Source: Thermoanaerobaculia bacterium (GTDB taxonomy: Bacteria > Acidobacteriota > Thermoanaerobaculia > UBA5066). Taken from it: DNA of 64,000 nt. A model generated the notes under the pieces. The model saw only the letters and a list, made by a program, of their open reading frames with translations. It searched no databases and had not been told where the DNA came from. The translations under genes were made by a program, and so were the position numbers. The stretch covers positions 32,001 through 96,000 of the forward strand of contig JBBRRY010000006.1 of assembly GCA_038245905.1 (NCBI GenBank), in the 5' to 3' direction. Shown piece by piece: positions 38,457 to 47,841 of the stretch. Position 1 is the stretch's first letter. Every line of letters starts with the position of its first letter.

Positions 38457-39422
38457 GTGAAGCGCGCACGAAACGTCCATCCCGCGAACCCGCGCTCCCT
38501 CCGCGCCGCCGCCGCGCGCCTCAGGCGCGGCGAGCTCGTCGCGTTCCCGACGGAGACCGTCTACGGCCTTGGCGCGAACGCGCTGGACGAGAAGGCCGTT
38601 GCGAAGATCTTCGCCAAGAAGGGACGCCCGCACGACAACCCCGTGATCGTTCATGTGAGCGATTTGAAGATGCTCAGAAAGGTGGTTCGGGACGTGCCGG
38701 CCCTCGCGAAGAAGCTCATCGCGCGCTTCTGGCCCGGCCCGCTGACCCTCTTACTTTCAAAGAGGTCTTCTCTTCCCTCTTCCGTCACCGCGGGTCTCGA
38801 CACCGTCGCCGTCCGCATGCCGCAGGGCCTCGCGCGCGACCTCGTGCGCCTCGCGGGCGTGCCGATCGCGGCGCCGAGCGCGAACGTCTCCGGGCGCCCG
38901 AGCCCTACCACAGCCGCGCACGTCGGCGAGGACTTTCCGGACGTCTACGTCCTCGACGGCGGCCCCACGGCGCACGGCCTCGAGTCGACGGTCCTGGCGC
39001 TGGAGCCTCGACCGGCCGTCCTCAGGCAGGGAGCGATCTCCGAGGAAGAGCTTCGAAAAGTGATCCCCAACCTGCGGAGGGGCGCACCCAGGCACTCTCC
39101 CGCCGTCTCACCCGGCACGAAGTACACCCACTACGCTCCGAGCCGACCTCTCATCCTCTTTCTAAGAAGATCTTCTCTCCTGTCCTATTTCCGATCGCAC
39201 CCTGCCGCCTTCGTCCTCTGCCCGACGCGCCTCTCTCCCCTCTTTCCGAAGCAAAGAGCTCTTCCTCTCGGCGACACCCCTGAGGAGATCGCCCACAATC
39301 TCTTCGCGGCCCTCCGAACGCGGCGCAGGGGGACGGAGCTTCTCGCCCTCGCGATCCCGCGGCGCGGCATCGGACGGGCCGTCATGGACCGCCTGACGCG
39401 CGCCGCGACGCGGATCGTCTGA
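38457..39422 (+). CDS. tsaC: L-threonylcarbamoyladenylate synthase (Sua5 type)
   Basis: VAFPTETVYGLGA, KGRPHDNPVIVH, AAPSANVSGRPSPT, SPGTKYTHYAP. Confidence 0.93.
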   Translation: MKRARNVHPANPRSLRAAAARLRRGELVAFPTETVYGLGANALDEKAVAKIFAKKGRPHDNPVIVHVSDLKMLRKVVRDVPALAKKLIARFWPGPLTLLLSKRSSLPSSVTAGLDTVAVRMPQGLARDLVRLAGVPIAAPSANVSGRPSPTTAAHVGEDFPDVYVLDGGPTAHGLESTVLALEPRPAVLRQGAISEEELRKVIPNLRRGAPRHSPAVSPGTKYTHYAPSRPLILFLRRSSLLSYFRSHPAAFVLCPTRLSPLFPKQRALPLGDTPEEIAHNLFAALRTRRRGTELLALAIPRRGIGRAVMDRLTRAATRIV

Positions 39423-39479
39423 AACGCCGTCTATAACGTTCGGGGTCCGGGACCGTCTCTCCCGCAAGAGGAGAACCTC

Positions 39480-40550
39480 ATGCGAATCCCGAAACGTCTC
39501 CCGCTCACCCTCGCCGCCTTCGCAGTGGGCGCGGCCCTCGCCGCACCCGCAGCGGCGCAGGCCCCGAGGCCAAGGGTTCCCGTCAAGTTCACGGCACTCT
39601 CGAAGGACCAGCTCCTGAAGCTGGCCGACGACGAGCCAATCGAGATCAACGGGAGGGTCACGACGAAGTCGGCCCTGCTCGCGCCCCTCAAGAACGCCCG
39701 GGCCGAGACCGACGTCGAGCTGAGGGTCAAGCTCGCACAGGCGGCCTCCAGACTCGAGGGCCTCAAGGCCCGGTCCGCCACGCTGCAGCATCAGCAGGTC
39801 GACCGGTCCAAGTCCCTCATCACGAGTGAGCTCGCGAAGCTTCGCGCGATTCCCACCCTGACGCCGAAGGCGACCCCGACGCCCTGCGCGGGGCCCGTCG
39901 TCGCGGGTGTCATCGGCCTCGTGACGCCGAACAGCGATGTCCTCGTCCTCGGCCACTGCTTCGGGACGCAGCAGGGCTCGGCGTCCCTCCAGGGGAGCTT
40001 CGGGAGCGTCAACCTCATCGTCATCGAGTGGCATGACGGGGGCATCGGCCTTCATGTCCCGTCGACGCTGTCAGGCGCGACCGACCAGCTCGGATTCGAA
40101 GGGGCACAGATCGTCGTCGCGACCGCGAACGGCCAGAGCCCGCCCGTTCCCCCGCGCATCGACTTCCATGCCGCGCGCGAGCACCGGGTGCTCGAGGCGC
40201 GAGAGGTGCAGACCTCGTGCTCGCCCAGGGCGGACATCAACAACTGCGACCCGACAGCGGGCCGCACGCTCGACGCCGCGCACAGCAACACGATCGACAT
40301 CACGTCCGACACCGGGCACGACAGGTTGACCGGCGAACTGAAGAACGGATGGGTCGTCGTCGACCAGCTGGTCAGCTCGGTCTCGAAGGGAAACCCCATT
40401 TCTCCGTGCGTCGTGAATGGAGAGCAGATTCCCGCTTCGCACACGGGACACATCGACTTGCATTACTCCTTCGACGTATCTCCCTTCCAGTATTGCCGGA
40501 CGATCGTCCTCCTCTACGCCGAAGGCCCCGTTGGCACGAGCCCGCACTGA
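39480..40550 (+). CDS. Secreted hypothetical protein
   Basis: RBS GAGGAG; signal peptide; helical segment, TP linker, Cys-containing beta-rich domains. Confidence 0.7.
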   Translation: MRIPKRLPLTLAAFAVGAALAAPAAAQAPRPRVPVKFTALSKDQLLKLADDEPIEINGRVTTKSALLAPLKNARAETDVELRVKLAQAASRLEGLKARSATLQHQQVDRSKSLITSELAKLRAIPTLTPKATPTPCAGPVVAGVIGLVTPNSDVLVLGHCFGTQQGSASLQGSFGSVNLIVIEWHDGGIGLHVPSTLSGATDQLGFEGAQIVVATANGQSPPVPPRIDFHAAREHRVLEAREVQTSCSPRADINNCDPTAGRTLDAAHSNTIDITSDTGHDRLTGELKNGWVVVDQLVSSVSKGNPISPCVVNGEQIPASHTGHIDLHYSFDVSPFQYCRTIVLLYAEGPVGTSPH

Positions 40551-40598
40551 TGCGCCGATGCGTTCCACCCGCCGCGTGCGGGAGGAAAGCTCCGGCCG

Positions 40599-42161
40599 TC
40601 AGCCCGCGAGCGCCACGAACGCGCTCGGGAAGCGCGCGAGAAGCGCCGTCGCGTGGACGACCTCGCGCAGGTCCACGCACTCCCCGATCTTGTGCGTGTT
40701 CTGCTCGATGCCGGGCCCGATTCCGATCATCGCCGGGTGCTTCACCGCGCCCGAGGTGACCCACCGTTTCCGTGCGGGGACCGCGATCGACACGTCGTCC
40801 ACGGGCACGGGGAAGCCGACGCCATCCGTCGAGAAGATCCACCGGTCGACGCGCGGCTCCTTGCGGAGCGCCCCGCGCGTGCCTCCCGCAGCGACGTGCG
40901 GCGAGACGACGCCCCGGTACGCGAGGACGGCGGCCTGGACGGCGGGGTGCTCCTCGGGCGTGACCCATCCCATGTAGACCTGCGGGTTGTGGAGGATGAA
41001 GCCGGTCCACGTGGGCTCGTCGTACGTCGGCACGGTGACGTCGACGGTGAGCCCCGCGGCCCGCGCGGCGGCCACGGCCGAAAGCCCCTCGACGTCCGCC
41101 ACGGCCTTCGCGGGCGTCTCGCCGATCGTGAGGCGCCGGTCGAAACGGAAGACGAAGCGCTCGGGGACCGCGCAGTCGCTCGGCGTGTCGAGACGCGCCC
41201 ACGAGGCCGTGCGAGTCCCGTGCCCGAGGAACGGGTGGTCGAGGAAGCCGTCGCGTGCGTCGTAGCGCTGCGCGGCCTCCGCGAGGATCGGCGCGGCCCA
41301 CTCCAGCGGGTTCTTTCCTTCCCACGGCATCGAGCCGTGGCAGGACTTGCCGGTCACGCTCACCTCGATCTGCATGCGGCCGCGCTGGCCGCGGTAGATC
41401 CCGAGGGCGCCTTTCGCCGAGTCGCCTGTCCCCTCCGTGAGGATGACGGCGTCCGGCACGAGCTCCGGGGGGGCGCCGGGAAGCACTTTCTTCACAAGAA
41501 ACTGCGGCCCGCCGCCGTCGTTGTCCTCCTCGGCGACGGTCGCGTACGAGCGGACGATCGCGCCCTTCAGCGCGCCGAGCGGGGCGAGCTCGAGGAGGAT
41601 CTTCGTCGCGATCACCTGCGTCACGACGCCCGAGAGCTGGTCGGCTCCGCCCCGGCCGAAGACGAGGTGCTCCCACTCGCCGTCCGGCGGGAGGTGGCCG
41701 ATCTCGCGCTTCAGGAAATCGCGATTGACCTTCACAGGATCGAAAATCCCGTCGTACGCATCGACGCCGCCCGTCTTCTCCCTCCACGCGGGACGAAGCG
41801 CGTTCACCGTGTCCGTATGGCCGTCGAAGTAGATGACGCGCTTGTCCTTCGCGGGGATGCCGTCGTCCGGGTCCTCGACCGTCCAGACGAGGTTGCCGTA
41901 GCCGTCGAAGCCGACGTCCTCGGGGCGGCGGACGGCACCGATCTCGACGATCGCCTTCTTCAGGACGTCGAGGCGCGGCTTCTCGTGGTTCGAGAGGCCG
42001 CAGCTCGGATCGCCGCCGGCGTCCTTCGGGCGGTCCACGTGGTCGGCCGGGATGCGGATGACGTCCCGGAGGATCCGCGCCGCAATCGGCCGGTACTTCT
42101 CCGCCAGTTTGGCGACTTTCGCGTCAAGATCGTTCATCGTCTTCCCTTCTCCTGCGCTCAC
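40599..42161 (-). CDS. M20 family metallo-hydrolase, YgeY-like
   Basis: FDGHTDTV, FGRGGAD, EED, GQRGRM, CHGSMPWEG, W.FSTDG; cluster context. Confidence 0.8.
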   Translation of the reverse strand: MSAGEGKTMNDLDAKVAKLAEKYRPIAARILRDVIRIPADHVDRPKDAGGDPSCGLSNHEKPRLDVLKKAIVEIGAVRRPEDVGFDGYGNLVWTVEDPDDGIPAKDKRVIYFDGHTDTVNALRPAWREKTGGVDAYDGIFDPVKVNRDFLKREIGHLPPDGEWEHLVFGRGGADQLSGVVTQVIATKILLELAPLGALKGAIVRSYATVAEEDNDGGGPQFLVKKVLPGAPPELVPDAVILTEGTGDSAKGALGIYRGQRGRMQIEVSVTGKSCHGSMPWEGKNPLEWAAPILAEAAQRYDARDGFLDHPFLGHGTRTASWARLDTPSDCAVPERFVFRFDRRLTIGETPAKAVADVEGLSAVAAARAAGLTVDVTVPTYDEPTWTGFILHNPQVYMGWVTPEEHPAVQAAVLAYRGVVSPHVAAGGTRGALRKEPRVDRWIFSTDGVGFPVPVDDVSIAVPARKRWVTSGAVKHPAMIGIGPGIEQNTHKIGECVDLREVVHATALLARFPSAFVALAG

Positions 42162-43288
42162 AGCGCCTCCAGCCGGCCCGCGAGACCGGGCACCTTGGCC
42201 GCCGCGAGGAGCGCCATCACGACGTAGACCTTCCAGTTCGCCTCGCGCGCGACGTTCACGGTGTGTTTCGCCATGACGCCCGGCGAGACCTCCGCCCCGA
42301 TGTCGGCGGGCAGGCAGTGCATGTAGAGGGCGTCACCGCCCTTCGTGGCCTTCATCCGGCGCTCGTCGCAGATCCAGTCCCTGTGCTGCGCGTTGCGGGC
42401 GAGGGCCGCCTCCTCGATTTCCTTCATCTTCTTCGAGTCGCGCGCGCGGTTCGCCTCGACGCGGGAGAGCATGAGGTCGTAGGGCCCCCAGCTCTTCGGA
42501 TAGACGACGTCCGCGCCCGCGAACGCCTCGTCCATGGAGGACGTCGTCCGGAACGAACCGCCCGAGGCCGCCGCGTGCGACGCCGCCGAGGCGAGGCACG
42601 GGTCCATGAGGCGGTAGCCGTCGGGGTGCGCGAGCGTCACGTGCGCCCCGAAGCGCGTCATGAGCATGACGAGGCCCTGCGGGACCGACAGCGGTTTCGC
42701 GTAGCTGGGCGAGTACGCCCAAGAGACCGCGATGCGTTTCCCGGCGATGCCTTCCGGGAACTTCTCGCGCAGCCAGCAGAGGTCGGCGAGCGTCTGCGTC
42801 GGGTGGTCGACGTCGCACTGGAGGTTCACGACCGGGACGCTCCGCGGGTCGCCCGTCGCGGCAAGGTAGTCGTCGATCCCCTTCTTCACGTCGCGCATGA
42901 AGGAGTTCCCCTCGCCGAGGATCAGGTCGTGCCGGACGCCCAGCGCGTGCGCGTTCATCCCGAGCATCGCGCCGGTCTCGGCCGCGGTCTCGCCGTGGGA
43001 GACCTGCGTGGACGAGCCGTCCACGATGACAGGGTGCATCCCGAGCCGGGCCGCCGCGCCCGCCCACGCGGACTTCGTCCGCGTCGAGTTGTCGAAGAAC
43101 ATCGCGTACGCGAGCTCGTGCGGCAGGAGGGCCGTCTTCTTCCCCGCCCGGTCGAGGGCCGCGAGGCGCTCGGCCACGGCGAGAAGGGCGGAGAGCTCCG
43201 CGGTCGAGGCGTCGTCGGTCAGGAGGAGGCTCCTGCCGCGCAGTCCTTCCACGGCGGCCAGGTCGAGCGGAGCGGCGGTCGTCGTCAT
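42158..43288 (-). CDS. ygeW: YgeW-like carbamoyltransferase
   Basis: DNSTRT, QVSHGET, NLQCDVDHPTQ, WAYSPSYAKPLSVPQG, YPKSW, YMHCLPADI. Confidence 0.85.
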   Translation of the reverse strand: MTTTAAPLDLAAVEGLRGRSLLLTDDASTAELSALLAVAERLAALDRAGKKTALLPHELAYAMFFDNSTRTKSAWAGAAARLGMHPVIVDGSSTQVSHGETAAETGAMLGMNAHALGVRHDLILGEGNSFMRDVKKGIDDYLAATGDPRSVPVVNLQCDVDHPTQTLADLCWLREKFPEGIAGKRIAVSWAYSPSYAKPLSVPQGLVMLMTRFGAHVTLAHPDGYRLMDPCLASAASHAAASGGSFRTTSSMDEAFAGADVVYPKSWGPYDLMLSRVEANRARDSKKMKEIEEAALARNAQHRDWICDERRMKATKGGDALYMHCLPADIGAEVSPGVMAKHTVNVAREANWKVYVVMALLAAAKVPGLAGRLEAL

Positions 43289-45282
43289 GTCGAGATCTCT
43301 CCTCCCCCTGGATCGGCGTCGTTCGTCGTCAGCCAGGAAACAGCCCCCGGAGCGAAGAGCCCGGTCGCGAGGGCGCGCAGTGAATGGTAGTGCCCCACGG
43401 GCACGACGTGCCCCTCGGGCGCCGGCACGGCGAGGAGGCGGGCCTCCTCGGGGGCGGCGGCCTCCGGGGACGCGAACCGCAGCTCCGCGACTCCGTCCAG
43501 GAAGAAGGCCGAGCCGCCGGGCCGGACGAGGAGCTCCACCTCCCGGCCCGACCAGCGCCCGCGGGCCGCGAGCGAACCGTCCGCCTCGCGCCGGAGAAAG
43601 AAGCCGGCGCGCGGCGCGTCGGCGCGAAAGGACTCGAGCGAAGAGAAGAGGCGGGGCTTTTCGATGTACGGGCCGCCGTCCTCCGGGCAGAAGACGTCGC
43701 AGTTGCCGCAGTCGTTGCAGGCGTCGGCCCAGTTCGCGATCTGGTGGCGCGCCGCCTTCTCGCCGCCGAGCGTCAGCGTCTTCTCCTCCCCCGGCACGAG
43801 CTCCGCGCCGCGGACGACGAGATCGCGGTAGACGAACGTGCGGGGCGGCGTCTCATAGACGAAGTTCGCGTCGTTCGGGCAGACGGGAATGCACTTGTCG
43901 CAGTTGATGCAGTCGAAGAGGGCGAGGTGCGAGCCGATCTTCCGCGGCAGCCGGCCCGTCTTCGCGGCGCCGTAACGCTCTGCGCCGAGGGCGGCGGCGG
44001 CCGCGCGGCGGTGATTCGCGAGCGAGGCGTCCGCGGCGTCTCCGCCCGCCGCTCCCGCCCCGGCGCGAATGAACTCGGGCAGGGTCGCCGCGCCGGCGGC
44101 GCCCAGCGCTTCCGCGAGAGCCTCCGCCTGCCGGTGCAGGTTCCCGTAGCCGCCCGGGCGAAGGAGGTCCGTGCAGCTCGTCACGGGCACGAAGCCGCAG
44201 GCGACCGTGCTCGCGACGTTCGCGGCGTCGACGCCGGCCGAGAAGGAGATCGGGTACGCGGCGCCGAGCTCCCCGCGCAGCTTCGCGCCGAGCGCGAGCG
44301 CGATCACGTGGAGCGGCTCGCCGGAGAGGTAGGCCTCCTCGCCCGGCAGAAAGCCCGTGCAGTTCCCGACGACGAGCGTGTTCGTGAGCTTCAGCCCGAA
44401 GCCGAGGCCGCGGCGCGCCGCCTCGGCCGCAAGTTCGCGCGCGATCGAGAGCGCGCCGTCCCACGCGAGATCCTTGCCGAAATCGGCCTTGCGGAGCGCG
44501 ACGTGCCCGTACCCGAGCCCGTGCAGGATCTCCTCGACCACCTCGTACCCGAGGAGCGTCGGGTTCAGCTTGACGACCGTGTGGAAGCCCTCCGCGAGAA
44601 GGTGGCGGCCGATCGCGGCGATCTCGTCGGCCGGGCAACCGTGGAAGGTCGAGAGCGTGATCGAGTCCGAGAGGTGCGCGTCGCACGCGACGTCCGCCCA
44701 GCGCTTAAGGGCGGCCGGAAGCTCCCTCACGAGCGCCGCGCGCTCCTCGTCGAGGATCGCCTTCGCGTCCCTCATCCCGTCGAGAAAGGCGGTCATCTTC
44801 GCCGATTTCAGGCCGGCGAGGCTGTACCCGACCGATGTGTCGAAGACGACGTCGCGCTCGTTCCCGGGAATCCCGACGAGCTCGGCGAGAATCGCGACGA
44901 GAAGCCGCGCCTTCGCATACTCGCGGAGCGAGTCGGGCACCGCGAGCTCTTGCGACCACTCCACGTTGTAGCCCACGGTGCGCATGTCGATGCACGGCCG
45001 CGGGATCGTGAGCGCGTCGTCCACCTGCACGGTCTTGAGCTCGAGGATCCTCCCGCCGGCGAGGTACGAGAGCGCGATGTTCTGGGCGAGCTGCGTCTGC
45101 GGCCCCGCGGCGGGGCCGACGGGCGTGGACACGCGGTGCCCGTGAAACCGCGTCGAAAGGTCGTGCCCCGGAAACCCGCGGTAGATCCGCCGTGCCGGGA
45201 GGTCGTAGACGGCGCCCTTCGGAAGCTCCGCCGCCGCACGACGCACGAGCGACGAGAGCGAAATCGCGCGGAGGACGCTCAC
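43285..45282 (-). CDS. YgfK-like oxidoreductase, short form (flavin barrel + 4Fe-4S)
   Basis: GPAAGPQTQLAQNI, ELKTVQ, PRPCID, NVEWSQEL, TLSTFHGCP, KLNPTLLG, CINCDKC..VCPN, CNDCGNC..FCP. Confidence 0.8.
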   Translation of the reverse strand: MSVLRAISLSSLVRRAAAELPKGAVYDLPARRIYRGFPGHDLSTRFHGHRVSTPVGPAAGPQTQLAQNIALSYLAGGRILELKTVQVDDALTIPRPCIDMRTVGYNVEWSQELAVPDSLREYAKARLLVAILAELVGIPGNERDVVFDTSVGYSLAGLKSAKMTAFLDGMRDAKAILDEERAALVRELPAALKRWADVACDAHLSDSITLSTFHGCPADEIAAIGRHLLAEGFHTVVKLNPTLLGYEVVEEILHGLGYGHVALRKADFGKDLAWDGALSIARELAAEAARRGLGFGLKLTNTLVVGNCTGFLPGEEAYLSGEPLHVIALALGAKLRGELGAAYPISFSAGVDAANVASTVACGFVPVTSCTDLLRPGGYGNLHRQAEALAEALGAAGAATLPEFIRAGAGAAGGDAADASLANHRRAAAAALGAERYGAAKTGRLPRKIGSHLALFDCINCDKCIPVCPNDANFVYETPPRTFVYRDLVVRGAELVPGEEKTLTLGGEKAARHQIANWADACNDCGNCDVFCPEDGGPYIEKPRLFSSLESFRADAPRAGFFLRREADGSLAARGRWSGREVELLVRPGGSAFFLDGVAELRFASPEAAAPEEARLLAVPAPEGHVVPVGHYHSLRALATGLFAPGAVSWLTTNDADPGGGEIST

Positions 45283-46472
45283 GCCATCCGCCCCCAGAGC
45301 CGGACAGCCTCCTCGCGCGCGCGGGCGCGGATCCGCGCGGCGTCGACGCGCACGAGCTCGCGGCCCTTCACGATCACTTCCCCGTTCACGACGACGTCGC
45401 GGACGTTCCCGACGCCGAGGCCGAAGAGAACGTGCCCGGCGAGATTGGCCGCAGACAGGGGCGTCGGCGCGTCGTACTCGAGGACGACCCAGTCCCCCGG
45501 CCGGGCGCCGAAGGCGAGATCGGCGAGACGCTGGCTGTTCGCGAGGAGGGCGAGCGCGTCGAGGCCGCCTTCCGGCCCGTACGCCTCCCGCGCGCGGAGG
45601 TGCGCGACGCGCGCCTCCGTGAAGAGGTCCGCATCCATGCCGTCCGTTCCGAGCGCGACGTTGGGACCAAGCGTCTTCGGATCGGCGTAGCCGACGGCGT
45701 TCTGGAGGTTGCTCCGCGGGTTGTGGGCGATCCAGGCGCTCGCCTCCGCCGCCCGCAGGCGCTCGGCCGACGAGAGGTGGACGCCGTGCGCGAGGAGCGA
45801 CTTTTCGCCGATCGCGCCCGCCCGGTCGAGCCGCGCGAAGGAACCCTCGTCGCAGCGGTCCTCGGCGACGTGGACGTGCAGCCACGCGCCCGTCCGCCGC
45901 GCGAGATCCGCGGCGGCCGCGACCGTCTCGTCGGAGACGGTGAAGCCGGCGTGGAGGCCCACCATCGCCGGCAGGCCCGCGCGGATCGCACGCTCGCACT
46001 CGGCGAGGCCCGCGCGAGCCCCTGCGGCGCCGTGACGGTCTGTCGCGCCGTAGCACGAGGAGACCCTGACACCGGACTCGCGCGCCGCGGCGGCGAGGAC
46101 GTCGAGCGAGCCGTCGATGAAGTTCGGCGACTCGTGGTGGTCGACGACCGCCGTGACGCCCGACAGGGCCGCCTCGAGGAGCGCGAGATCCGCCGAGGCC
46201 CGGAGCGACGCCTCGTCGAGCGCGGCGTCCAGCCGCCACCAGACGTTCTCGAGGATCTCGCGGAACGAGCGCGTCGGCTCCTTCGGGCCCGACATGCCAC
46301 GCGCGAGCGCCGAGTAGAGATGCGTGTGGGCGACGGCGAGGCCGGGCAGGACGAGCCCGCCCGAAGCGTCCAGCGTTCGTCGCGGCCCGTCTCCGATCAG
46401 CACGTCGCGCCGTTCGACCGCCGGAGGGCCGAGCGTGACGACCGTGCCGCCCGTGATCGCGAGACCGCTCAT
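45279..46472 (-). CDS. ssnA: SsnA-like amidohydrolase
   Basis: HTHLYSALARG, ILENVWWRLDAALD, DHHESP, GLHAGFT, HVHVAE, HNPRSNLQNAVG, GTDG. Confidence 0.8.
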   Translation of the reverse strand: MSGLAITGGTVVTLGPPAVERRDVLIGDGPRRTLDASGGLVLPGLAVAHTHLYSALARGMSGPKEPTRSFREILENVWWRLDAALDEASLRASADLALLEAALSGVTAVVDHHESPNFIDGSLDVLAAAARESGVRVSSCYGATDRHGAAGARAGLAECERAIRAGLPAMVGLHAGFTVSDETVAAAADLARRTGAWLHVHVAEDRCDEGSFARLDRAGAIGEKSLLAHGVHLSSAERLRAAEASAWIAHNPRSNLQNAVGYADPKTLGPNVALGTDGMDADLFTEARVAHLRAREAYGPEGGLDALALLANSQRLADLAFGARPGDWVVLEYDAPTPLSAANLAGHVLFGLGVGNVRDVVVNGEVIVKGRELVRVDAARIRARAREEAVRLWGRMA

Positions 46473-46485
46473 GAGAGCTCTTCCC

Positions 46486-47841
46486 TTACCAGCCCCGCGC
46501 CTCGCGGAGCCGGCGGTCGACGTCGCCGGCGAGCGCGGCCTGGTCGGACCACCAGCGGGGAGAGCGCTGCGCGTCCAGCTCCACGACGGTCTTTCCCTGC
46601 TGCTCGACCCACGTGAAGTACTTCAGGTTGTGCCACCGGTCGCGGTTCTCGGCGGTGCCTTCCGTGATCCAGTCCAGCTTCTGGCCGTGGAAGATCGACG
46701 CGAGATGAGCCTCGGCTCTGTCACGCGTGAGCGGGCCCGTGCGCTTCTCGAGGCGCCTGAGGACGGACGGATACCGGTCGAGGCCGTCCGTCGCGACCGT
46801 CACGATGGCTTCGTCCTTCCCGAAGCCGAAGTAGCGCGCCGTCTTGATCGCCCCGAGGATGTTGCAGACGCCGCTGACCCCGAGCATCGTCGAGAGGCGG
46901 TTCGCCGTCTCGCCGAGGCCGCCCGCGGAGGCGAGGAAGTCGCGCCCCTCGGGCTCGGCGACGAGCTGCAGGCCGAGGAGGCAGTCCTCGTCGTCGATGC
47001 ACATCATCGCGTCCATGTTCATCACGTTGTGGATCCACGTGACGTGCTTGTCGCCGATGCCCTCGATCGCGTGGCCGCCGTAGCCGTTCCGCGAGAGCGT
47101 CGGGCACTGGATCGGCTCGAGGCCGACGATCTTCGCGCCGAAGCACGCCTTCAGCGCGTCGCCCGCGGCGATCGTGCCCGAGGAGCCCATCGCCGAGACG
47201 AACGCCGCGGGCCGCCCGGCGCCGAGCGCCGTGACGGCCTCGGCCGCGGCGGCGCCCGTGACGTTGACGTGCCAGCGGTAGTTCGCCATCTCGGCGAACT
47301 GGTTCATGACGCGGATCTTCGGATCCGCCTGGAGCCGCTTGCATTCGTCGTAGATCTCCTTGACGTTGCTCTCGCAGCCAGGCGTCTTGATCGCGTGCGC
47401 CCCATAGGCGGCGATCTTCTCGAAGCGCTCGGCGCTCATCTCCTCCGGGAGGATGACGACCGACTCGTAGCCCATGCGCGGCCCGACCCACGCGCCGCCG
47501 ATCCCGTAGTTCCCGGTCGACGGCCACACGAGCGTCGACTTCCCGGGGAAAACGTCCCCCGCGAGCTGGTGCTCCATGAGGACCGAGTACGTCGCGCCCA
47601 CCTTGTGCGCGCCCGTCGGGAAGTCCTTCGCGTACAGGAGGACGATGGGCGCCTCGACGCCCGTGAGGGCCTCAGGCAGCCGGAGCGCGCGCACGCGCCC
47701 GTCGTCCTCGTGCCACGTGATGTTGAAAAGGTTGACCGGGTCGAGCGGCGCATCGCGCCGCGCGGCCTGCGCGCGCTTCCGGAGCTCCGCCGGAAGGAGC
47801 GCGGGGTCGCGCATCTCGGCGTACGTGGGGCCGTGAATCAT
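46486..47841 (-). CDS. PLP-dependent fold-type II enzyme (cysteine synthase-like)
   Basis: FPTGAHKVGA, WPSTGNYG, GSSGT, IEGIGDKH; start MIHGPTY overlaps the upstream stop. Confidence 0.8.
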   Translation of the reverse strand: MIHGPTYAEMRDPALLPAELRKRAQAARRDAPLDPVNLFNITWHEDDGRVRALRLPEALTGVEAPIVLLYAKDFPTGAHKVGATYSVLMEHQLAGDVFPGKSTLVWPSTGNYGIGGAWVGPRMGYESVVILPEEMSAERFEKIAAYGAHAIKTPGCESNVKEIYDECKRLQADPKIRVMNQFAEMANYRWHVNVTGAAAAEAVTALGAGRPAAFVSAMGSSGTIAAGDALKACFGAKIVGLEPIQCPTLSRNGYGGHAIEGIGDKHVTWIHNVMNMDAMMCIDDEDCLLGLQLVAEPEGRDFLASAGGLGETANRLSTMLGVSGVCNILGAIKTARYFGFGKDEAIVTVATDGLDRYPSVLRRLEKRTGPLTRDRAEAHLASIFHGQKLDWITEGTAENRDRWHNLKYFTWVEQQGKTVVELDAQRSPRWWSDQAALAGDVDRRLREARGW

